Shown piece by piece: positions 56,474-64,000 of a stretch of 64,000 bases of DNA (position 1 is its first letter; the number at the start of each line of letters is the position of its first letter). A model generated the notes under the pieces. The model did no database searches and was not told where the DNA came from. It saw only the letters and a list, made by a program, of their open reading frames with translations. The stretch is taken from positions 6,506-70,505 of the forward strand of contig JAJRWI010000004.1 in NCBI GenBank assembly GCA_024276825.1, in the 5' to 3' direction. The DNA comes from an archaeon. Lineage in GTDB: Archaea; Asgardarchaeota; Thorarchaeia; Thorarchaeales; Thorarchaeaceae. The translations under genes and the position numbers were made by a program.

Positions 56474-57520
56474 TCAAAACCAACCGATTCGTGACTTTCC
56501 AGTTACCATCCATTCAACCCCAGCAATATTAAGGTCAGCGTGACATTTCGGACATTTGCCATCTTCATCAAGATGATTTGCTTTTAGGAATACCGAATAA
56601 CGATCAACTGCAATAGTCCCGCAATTTGGACAAAAAGTGTTCTCATAATCGTGTCCTGCAATGTTTCCTGAATAAACAAACACAAGACCCTCTTCTTTTG
56701 CTATTCTGATATGGCGTTCAAGCATGCTGGGCGGGGTTCTTGGCAGGTGTGTCATTTTGTAAGTCGGAGCAAATGCAATTATATGAAAGGGTGTTCGTTC
56801 GCCAAGATTCTCAACGACCCATCTTGCCAACTTTCTTGTGTCCTCTTTAAAGTCCCCAACCTCTGGAATGATCAGATTAGTCAATTCAATGAATACACCA
56901 TTCTCCTTCAGTCGTTTCATTGACTCGAATATTGGAGTGACCTTGGGCACAGACATCAGATTCTTGTAGAAATCAGGATTTCCGCTGCCTTTGAAATTAA
57001 TAGACGCTGCATCGAGATTTGGATGAATGGCATCAATGGCTTCTTTCGTCATGTAGCCGTTGGTCACAATTGTATTGAACATGCCTTTCTTATGAGCAAG
57101 TTCAGCGGTATCACAAGCAAACTCCCAGAACACTGTTGGTTCAGTATAGGTGTAAGTGATTCCTGAACATCCATAATGTTCTGCAAGGTTGACAATGTCA
57201 TCTGGGCTTAGATGTTCTCCCACAGGTTTTTCCCTATGCGCCGAGTGATAATTTAGACAGAATTGACATCGAAAGTTGCATGATGACGTACTGATGGAGA
57301 AAGTACGAGACCCTGGTGCAAAATGAAAAAGTGGCTTTTTTTCGATAGGATCCGCTGCCATGCCGTCAATGAGTCCATATACCATCGTGTACAGCTCTCC
57401 ATCCTTCATATACCTCACTCTGCAGAAGCCAAATTCCTTCTCTCTTAGAACGCATCGCCTTGCGCAGAGGTCGCATCGGATACCATTGGGAATTTTGGAA
57501 TAGAATCTTGCCTTGCTCAT
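56474..57520 (-). CDS. AmmeMemoRadiSam-system-type radical SAM enzyme (PFL-activase-like)
   Basis: The N-terminal CDLCARRCVL...FGFCRVR and the CNFRCQFCLNY radical SAM cluster motif are typical of the COG1180 AmmeMemoRadiSam partner. Confidence 0.75.
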   Translation of the reverse strand: MSKARFYSKIPNGIRCDLCARRCVLREKEFGFCRVRYMKDGELYTMVYGLIDGMAADPIEKKPLFHFAPGSRTFSISTSSCNFRCQFCLNYHSAHREKPVGEHLSPDDIVNLAEHYGCSGITYTYTEPTVFWEFACDTAELAHKKGMFNTIVTNGYMTKEAIDAIHPNLDAASINFKGSGNPDFYKNLMSVPKVTPIFESMKRLKENGVFIELTNLIIPEVGDFKEDTRKLARWVVENLGERTPFHIIAFAPTYKMTHLPRTPPSMLERHIRIAKEEGLVFVYSGNIAGHDYENTFCPNCGTIAVDRYSVFLKANHLDEDGKCPKCHADLNIAGVEWMVTGKSRIGWF

Positions 57521-57626
57521 CTCACCTGATTAATAGTACTGCGCCCCTTATTCATCTTTGCGTGTTGTCAAATCCGCTCTAGTCATTGTTAAAAGGAAAA
57601 GTGTAGTACTCAATTACGATTATGTG

Positions 57627-58076
57627 ATGACAAAGAGAAATGAGCTTCGCCTTGTAGCAGATCTCATGAATGCCCTGGGGAAACAAGACGCTGTATTCTT
57701 GGAACATTGTAGAACTCTGAAGCATCTTGCTCTGGTTGACCCCCCACGCGCAATCAATGAATACCACTCACTTGCAAAACAGCTATTGGTAGAATCACAC
57801 GAATGCACAATATACTCTGAACTCTGCAAGAAGGAAACTGCAATGGCCCTTCGATTAATACAGCGCGGAGTAATCACTTTGGAACTCATTGAAAGTCTGA
57901 ACCTATTACGGCGCTCGTTTCTTGATCAGGCTGTAAGACCCGCCCTTTCTGCATATCTGAAGGGCACTAGCAACGACTTGAAATCATTGCAGAACCTCTA
58001 TCTAGCATTGTTCAAAATCGATGAGCTGATTACAATTGCTAGTTTCATTTTACGAATGAGTCATCACAGTTCATGA
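57627..58076 (+). CDS. hypothetical helical protein
   Basis: MTKRNELRLVADLMNALGKQD... No family recognised. The track start 57558 lies almost at the divergent gene. Confidence 0.4.
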   Translation: MTKRNELRLVADLMNALGKQDAVFLEHCRTLKHLALVDPPRAINEYHSLAKQLLVESHECTIYSELCKKETAMALRLIQRGVITLELIESLNLLRRSFLDQAVRPALSAYLKGTSNDLKSLQNLYLALFKIDELITIASFILRMSHHSS

Positions 58077-58220
58077 ATGCTTTCAATATTGATTAGTTGT
58101 GAGATCCTTTCCATTTTGTAAGTAGATTTTCACTGAACTTTAACGCTTGATGCTTGAAAAATTATAGTTCTAATACTTCGCATCTTGTCTGAATTTTGAT
58201 ATCATATATGAAATTAATGG

Positions 58221-58260
58221 AAATAAAAAAGCGATTGATGGGACAGATTTGTCCCATCAA
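58221..58260 (-). terminator. 11-bp perfect hairpin followed by oligo-T (minus strand)
   Basis: ttgatgggaca-gatt-tgtcccatcaa (58235-58260) with aaaaaa at 58225-58230, which is a T-run on the minus strand. It lies 10 nt downstream of the stop at 58271. Confidence 0.6.
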
Positions 58261-58270
58261 CTTGATGCCA

Positions 58271-61200
58271 CTATTTGCTCCTACGTCTTACAAAAATCTT
58301 TGCAATGATTATGATTGCAATGACGGTCCCCGCTCCAATGAAGAAGCCATATTGAGCCAAGGCTGAACTAAGAATGTCAGTGATCACTTCCACTCCCACT
58401 GGATTGTGGACTTGATATTCCATAGTGATCACAATACTATTGCCTGCATTATCAATTGCTGTGAAAGTCAGGGTATAATTCCCATTCGTAAAGTCGAGCG
58501 TGTTCCATGCAATGGTGTTCCCACTTGTCGATGAAACGGGCTCTCCATTGACTCTAAACTCTATACTGCTCACACCACTGCCTTCATCCTCTGCAGTGAC
58601 ATAGAATGTCACTACATCTCTCACGGGTTCATGAATGGAAGGACCTGACACAGTGAGGATCGGAAGCGTAAAGTCATCGACAAAGTAGCTCAACGGATCG
58701 GACTCGTTACCTATGGAATCGTATGTGCCAAAGACATCATATGCCACAATATAGTACTCGACTGTTGAACCATACGACTGCGCAGGAATAACTGATCTGT
58801 ATAATATTCCATTTTGTGTCATCAACATTGATGTCCACGTGCCATCATTTACCCTGTAAAACAGTGTGATATTCTTGACACCATTGACATCAATCGCGCC
58901 AACCGAAATTGTCACAGCCTGTCCATATTGCGGTTCTTCAGGGCTCATTATGAGTTCAGTAAGTTCAGGTGGTGCCACATCATTCTGAACATCTACTGTG
59001 ATATAGTCCTCAGCTGTGAGTCCTGCCACATCATATGCCCTGACAATCAATGTCCTTGTTCCATTACCTACCGTTCTAGAATTCCAGAGGAACTCGTAAG
59101 GTTCTGAGCTATCATTATATACAGACGTTCCTTCGACAATGAATTCCACATGGTCAATTCCGCTCCCTTCATCATCCGCTGTGGCATTCAATAGAACCTC
59201 GCCAACGACAACAATGCCTGTGTCCGGGTGATCAAAACTCACTGTTGGAACAATATCATCGCCAACAGAGTAGGAATAGTATGCGCCTCCATTGTCATCA
59301 ATAGCAATATTGCCACACCAGTCAATTGCTTGCACATAATATTCGACTGTCTGTCCATATGGCTGAGCTGGAATTATGGCCTGATACGAGTTCGACTCAA
59401 TTGCTTCTATTGATGTCCAAGAGCCAGTGGTGCGATAGTACACACTGACCTGCTTAATGTTATATGGCTGGTTATCAATTACATCTAGACTTAAAGCCGC
59501 TGATTGATAATACATTGGTTGTGTTGGATCTAGGGAAATTCCTGTAATCTCTGGTGGAATCTCTTCAACAAATCCGATGTCATCAAATAACACCGTCATG
59601 TTATATCCTGCTTCTGTACTGGCGATCAGCTCAATCCCAGTGACATTCCACTTATGCTCACCAAAGCTGACATTTAGATCATGAGTGATATTCCTATGTG
59701 TTGTTATCCATGAGTCAGTAATATTGAAATCATCTACAAAGTAAAATACATTGTATGTGTTGTTTATTAGATTACTAGCTGGTGATGCCGCAACTACATA
59801 GTGCAAACTATACCCTCCTTCAAGGGACAGAGTAATCTCAGCTATGCTCAACATTGAGGCTTCGATGTTTAATTTGTTAATCTTCCAAGAAAAGTCAAAG
59901 AAATATTCTGGTTGAATCTGTGTATGATCATATCTTTCCACTGATATCCACTCTGAATTAACAGATGTGAGATTTAGTGAATATTGACCCGAATGTGCAT
60001 CGCTAGACCTGGAAATTCGAGAGGTGTCATAAACACTAGTTACCCATGAATTGATGTTTCCAGATGCTGAGTCCTGACAGTTTCCCTCAAAGCTCGGATC
60101 ACCAAAAGTATATGTGTACAATTTCATGTTATCAATGAGAAGATTAACAGATGAGTTTGCAAATGAACCCAGATTGAGATAAAACCGAACCTCTCTGATA
60201 CTCATATTGTTGAAATTGTTATCCAACATAGCTTTAGTTAGATCACATGTGAATCTATTCCACTGGTTTCGAATGCCAAAATCAGGTGCTTTAAGGTATA
60301 CTGAACCACTCGAATTTGTAAAATAAATCTCATCCAAATCACTTCCAAGCATGTAATAAAGCCAGACCGAGCCGGACGAGTTTGCAAATTGTACCCGTAC
60401 ATATGCATATTGTCCTCCTCCATTGTAAATGTCTTTATATTTCCAATCAAACTCGAGTATCGCAGAATACGGTGAAGTTGGATATATTTGCAGATATGGT
60501 TGATATGTGACTCTATACAGATTAGCAAAGCCAGTATGGTATTGCCCACTTGACCTAATTGTAATGTTTGCCGCATTATTCCCATCAGCCGTGTCAGATG
60601 ATGTTGTTAACTCTGCTGGCGATCTATAAGATCCGTACCACGGCGACCCTGTTCCTGACTCAAAGTCACCATTTTCTATTAGTTCGTATCCGGTTCCATT
60701 CTGAATGCTTACATCATCGATTACCATTGAATTCAGCTCATTGCTATATATTTGGGCATATGTTTGAAGCCAGATTGACGTGATGCGCCTTGAACTATCA
60801 AATGGCAAATAACTATATACAGAATAGAAGTCCTGTGTCAAGTTCCTTGAGAACAAGTTCCATACACCTATGCTGCTGTTCATCATGAAATATGTTGTAT
60901 ATGTTGAATTTGATGCAGAATAACTCCCATAACAAACAATATAGATGAAAGAAAAATAGACATTGCTGGAGTTTGTCGTTTCAAAATATATCTGGAACAT
61001 TGAATTTTTATCTAATGCACCAGGATCCTTAATGTAGTAATAAAGATTGGCAGTCAGACTCTCATTAATAAAACTGTCAGAATCTGAAAAATACTGTCGG
61101 ATTGATGGATATGCATTGGCCATAGATGAAGCATGCCCTTCAATATATCCTGAATATGCCCCATTGTGAACTATATCTTGATATGTTGAATTATATAATG

Positions 61201-61456
61201 AATATTCTGTTCCATAAGCTGAGAAGTAGAGGGGTTGTCCCTCTGCACTGAGTTCTTCAAATGATGGGTTTCTAATCACATTTGTTTTCAACAGATCACT
61301 ATATGATTCTACTGCTTTCTCGTTTGTATGATTGTTCATGTTTCTATTCTGAACAATCTGTACCCTCTCATTTGATGGCAATATTGACACAACAATCACT
61401 GATTGAATCAATAAGACTGAAATCAGACAAAGAATCATGATACTATTTTTCCGCAC
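58271..61456 (-). CDS. large surface protein: signal peptide, jelly-roll/CBM-like N-terminal half, duplicated Ig-like modules, C-terminal TM anchor
   Basis: 1061 aa with many N-x-S/T sequons. Internal duplications: PPEITGISLDPTQPMYYQSAALSL.. versus PPELTELIMSPEEPQYGQAVTISV.., and NATADDEGSGIDHVEFIVEG versus VTAEDEGSGVSSIEFRVNG. C-terminal TM followed by RRRSK. GTG start with a GGTGA SD. Confidence 0.7.
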   Translation of the reverse strand: MRKNSIMILCLISVLLIQSVIVVSILPSNERVQIVQNRNMNNHTNEKAVESYSDLLKTNVIRNPSFEELSAEGQPLYFSAYGTEYSLYNSTYQDIVHNGAYSGYIEGHASSMANAYPSIRQYFSDSDSFINESLTANLYYYIKDPGALDKNSMFQIYFETTNSSNVYFSFIYIVCYGSYSASNSTYTTYFMMNSSIGVWNLFSRNLTQDFYSVYSYLPFDSSRRITSIWLQTYAQIYSNELNSMVIDDVSIQNGTGYELIENGDFESGTGSPWYGSYRSPAELTTSSDTADGNNAANITIRSSGQYHTGFANLYRVTYQPYLQIYPTSPYSAILEFDWKYKDIYNGGGQYAYVRVQFANSSGSVWLYYMLGSDLDEIYFTNSSGSVYLKAPDFGIRNQWNRFTCDLTKAMLDNNFNNMSIREVRFYLNLGSFANSSVNLLIDNMKLYTYTFGDPSFEGNCQDSASGNINSWVTSVYDTSRISRSSDAHSGQYSLNLTSVNSEWISVERYDHTQIQPEYFFDFSWKINKLNIEASMLSIAEITLSLEGGYSLHYVVAASPASNLINNTYNVFYFVDDFNITDSWITTHRNITHDLNVSFGEHKWNVTGIELIASTEAGYNMTVLFDDIGFVEEIPPEITGISLDPTQPMYYQSAALSLDVIDNQPYNIKQVSVYYRTTGSWTSIEAIESNSYQAIIPAQPYGQTVEYYVQAIDWCGNIAIDDNGGAYYSYSVGDDIVPTVSFDHPDTGIVVVGEVLLNATADDEGSGIDHVEFIVEGTSVYNDSSEPYEFLWNSRTVGNGTRTLIVRAYDVAGLTAEDYITVDVQNDVAPPELTELIMSPEEPQYGQAVTISVGAIDVNGVKNITLFYRVNDGTWTSMLMTQNGILYRSVIPAQSYGSTVEYYIVAYDVFGTYDSIGNESDPLSYFVDDFTLPILTVSGPSIHEPVRDVVTFYVTAEDEGSGVSSIEFRVNGEPVSSTSGNTIAWNTLDFTNGNYTLTFTAIDNAGNSIVITMEYQVHNPVGVEVITDILSSALAQYGFFIGAGTVIAIIIIAKIFVRRRSK

Positions 61457-61933
61457 TTTCTCTCACCTTGTTGACTCAAAACCATGACAAGGAGAATTGG
61501 CCAGAAATCAATCAATACTGGTTGCACTTTATACATTTGCCTTACTTCCTTGGCGCGGCATCGAGTTTCCTTAATTTTTGAATAATTCACGATCAAGCAA
61601 TATTAAAGATTTCGAAAAACAGAAACTTCAGTTGAGGGATCAGTTCGTTTGATAGAAGAAATCTGTACAACTGGACAAAGTTATTGAATGGACCCGCTTT
61701 CTCATGAATTTGACTAATCAGCAAATGCTGAACTATTTGAGGTAAACTTTCATCGAGACCGAATTGTAAATTATAATTATAGATGCAAATCGGTGGAATT
61801 AGATATATTTGATTTATAGCAAGAACTGGGAGGTTTTTTCAACTCATTAATTTCCTCATTCCTACTTACTGCTTGATGGGGAAAAAGTGAATAATATGAT
61901 GGCACAACAATAGTAGTATTAGAGGACATAATC

Positions 61934-64000
61934 ATGAGAACGCGTGCTTCTGCAATTGTTCTGGCTTTAATTCTTACTGGAATGCTTCTAATTGCCATTT
62001 ATCTCACACAACCGAAGCCAATTCATGATAAAACACCCCCCGTAATCACAATAACAACCCCCATCGATGGCGCCACTTTATCGGGGCTAACAACAGTTTC
62101 GTTTTCTGCTACTGACGACAACACAATAGTGACTTATGAGATCAGAATTGATGATATCATCCGCGCCAATACATCGACCTATGAATGGAATACCACCCTT
62201 GAACTTGATGGTGAACATATTGTCCTATGTCGTGCTCAAGATGATTCTGGAAACTGGGGCGAATCTTCAATTTCGGTGACTATTGAAAACAATGAATCTC
62301 CACAACCCGCTCCTGCAAACGAATATATTTTCAAGATTATGACCTATAACATCGAAGAGAGTGGTGTGAATCCCGACTGGAAGAAAGTGGTCAAAGAGGA
62401 GAATCCCGACATTCTCATCCTTATTGAAACAGGCACATGGGATGACAATAGCAGCGAGGTTCTCACTAAGGTGGTTAATGAGTTCAATGAGTATTTTTCT
62501 GATGAGCAGCCATATGTTGGCTATTGCGCTCAGGGCATATCTTTTGATACTGATGGTGAGGCGATTTTAAGCAGATTTCCTGTGGTTGCATTTAACCAGA
62601 TTTCAACTGTCGAGCTTGATAATGGAAGCAGTTATGATGTGACTCATGACTTTATCGAAGCAGTTGTCACAATTGGTGATGACAATGTACATATCTTCGG
62701 CGCTCATCTGAAATCGAGTTCTGGCGCTGAGAATGAATGGCGCAGAGAACTTGAAACAGAGGGCATAATCAACTATATGGACTCTCTGGGGGATGTTCCC
62801 ATCATATATATGGGCGACTTGAATTCTTTCTCTCCGGATGACACGGGAAACCTTGCACCATCAGGTGATCTGGGATATGGACCTCTCACTATGATGCTTC
62901 ATTCTGAAGACTCAACTTATGGAAAACACTCCTCAACAGTACACTCATTTATTGATATATTTAGAACCCTCAATCCTTCGGAACCCGGCTATACATATGG
63001 ACACCAGAATCCCTCTTACAAGTCCAGGATAGACTACATCCTTGCGAATTCGTTCTTCTTAAAGAAATTGATAAACTCCACAACAGGTGATACTCCTTCA
63101 GCGGACACTGGTTCAGACCACTATTCGGTTGATGTGTTTATCAACTGGAATTCCACGATTGAACCCGACTCCACTCCTCCCAGCAAGGTCATAGGCATAA
63201 ATGCAACTGCAGTGAGCACCTCACAGATTGATCTTGTTTGGTCTGCAAACACTGAACCTGACTTGCTGTACTATAGAGTCTATAGAAATGGGAGCCTACT
63301 TACAGCAACCTCCAACACATCATATTCCGATACAGGACTCATAGACGCAACAACATACTTCTATGAGGTTTCAGCAGTGGACACAAGCCTGAATGAGGGC
63401 CCGCCTTCAGATCCAGTCAATGCAACTACTTACAGAAGTGGGGATCCTGACCTTGTTGTGATCAATGAATTCCTCCCCGACCCAGATGTATCCTACACTG
63501 AAGAATGGATCGAACTCTATAATCCCCAACCTTTGGCTACTGACCTAACAGGATACTACCTCGATGATGTGCTAAACAGCGGAAGCTCACCATATCAAAT
63601 TCCCTCAGGGACTGTTATTGATGCTTATGGTTTTCTTGTATTTTATCAGAATGAAACAGGAGTAAACCTCAATAATGCAGGCGATGATGTTAATCTGTTG
63701 AAACCCGACGGTCTAACTGTGATTGACTCGTGCTCATATAACTCATCAAGCAATGATGTGAGTATTGGCCGTGCCAGTGATGGAAATGGAACATGGATAT
63801 CTTTCAGCAATCCCACTCCTGGCGCAAGCAATAATATTACCAGCAATGATGCTGATCTGATTGTGATAAACGAGTTCCTGCCCAGTCCGAATACCGAATA
63901 TTCGGTGGAATGGATTGAACTTTATAACCCTCTCAACATTTCAGTTGACATCTCAGGGTATTACCTTGATGACAATATTACTGGCGGCAGCAGTCCATAT
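61934..64000 (+). CDS. secreted endonuclease/exonuclease/phosphatase (EEP) family protein with Ig-like, FN3 and at least two lamin-tail (LTD) domains (3' end outside the window)
   Basis: Not in the track because it has no stop. My codon-by-codon read from ATG 61934 is open to base 64000. It has a signal/TM segment, an Ig-like module (SFSATDDNTIVTYEIRID), EEP motifs (FKIMTYNIEESG, YMGDLNS, GSDHYSV), FN3 (DLVWSANTEPDLLYYRVYRNG...YFYEVSAVD) and LTD repeats (VVINEFLPDP...EWIELYNP, twice). Confidence 0.75.
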   Translation, partial: MRTRASAIVLALILTGMLLIAIYLTQPKPIHDKTPPVITITTPIDGATLSGLTTVSFSATDDNTIVTYEIRIDDIIRANTSTYEWNTTLELDGEHIVLCRAQDDSGNWGESSISVTIENNESPQPAPANEYIFKIMTYNIEESGVNPDWKKVVKEENPDILILIETGTWDDNSSEVLTKVVNEFNEYFSDEQPYVGYCAQGISFDTDGEAILSRFPVVAFNQISTVELDNGSSYDVTHDFIEAVVTIGDDNVHIFGAHLKSSSGAENEWRRELETEGIINYMDSLGDVPIIYMGDLNSFSPDDTGNLAPSGDLGYGPLTMMLHSEDSTYGKHSSTVHSFIDIFRTLNPSEPGYTYGHQNPSYKSRIDYILANSFFLKKLINSTTGDTPSADTGSDHYSVDVFINWNSTIEPDSTPPSKVIGINATAVSTSQIDLVWSANTEPDLLYYRVYRNGSLLTATSNTSYSDTGLIDATTYFYEVSAVDTSLNEGPPSDPVNATTYRSGDPDLVVINEFLPDPDVSYTEEWIELYNPQPLATDLTGYYLDDVLNSGSSPYQIPSGTVIDAYGFLVFYQNETGVNLNNAGDDVNLLKPDGLTVIDSCSYNSSSNDVSIGRASDGNGTWISFSNPTPGASNNITSNDADLIVINEFLPSPNTEYSVEWIELYNPLNISVDISGYYLDDNITGGSSPY

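Overview
This window is 64 kb of archaeal chromosome, AT-rich by eye, with nothing that suggests a plasmid or virus. I support about 55 protein genes and found no rRNA, tRNA or CRISPR array by eye. Core markers are archaeal: ATP-dependent DNA ligase, Topo VI B+A, Cdc48/VCP, MetRS, the HMG-CoA synthase/thiolase/DUF35 mevalonate trio, MptA/FolE2, DUF359-type dephospho-CoA kinase and Nnr. Mixed in are eukaryote-signature-type genes: a gelsolin-domain protein with a poly-Pro linker, four Roadblock/longin-fold genes, and a zf-AN1 finger fused to an S2P protease. Together these suggest an Asgard-group archaeon, which is inference only. Accessory content includes a 1070-aa P-loop NTPase with about 10 unusual Trp-containing repeats, a ThiR-like regulator divergent from an ABC importer, and several large surface proteins, one an EEP nuclease/FN3/lamin-tail protein. 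The items most worth a second look are listed here. (1) A single in-frame TGA sits inside an otherwise intact, essential metG. (2) The gelsolin/poly-Pro/domain-X gene is paired with a Roadblock gene. (3) A tightly packed same-strand run goes from Topo VI through a coiled-coil wHTH protein, a PD-(D/E)xK-like protein, a Roadblock protein and a NifB-family radical SAM, and meets two tandem Roadblock-like/DUF4388-like paralogs. (4) PPAT and GTP-dependent DPCK are fused in one ORF. (5) A 940-bp gene-free gap carries a 28-nt inverted repeat pair that brackets about 670 bp with GC-rich hairpins. All family calls come from motif recognition in the supplied translations. No searches were run. Where a start differs from the ORF track, I moved it to an in-frame ATG with a better SD-like context.
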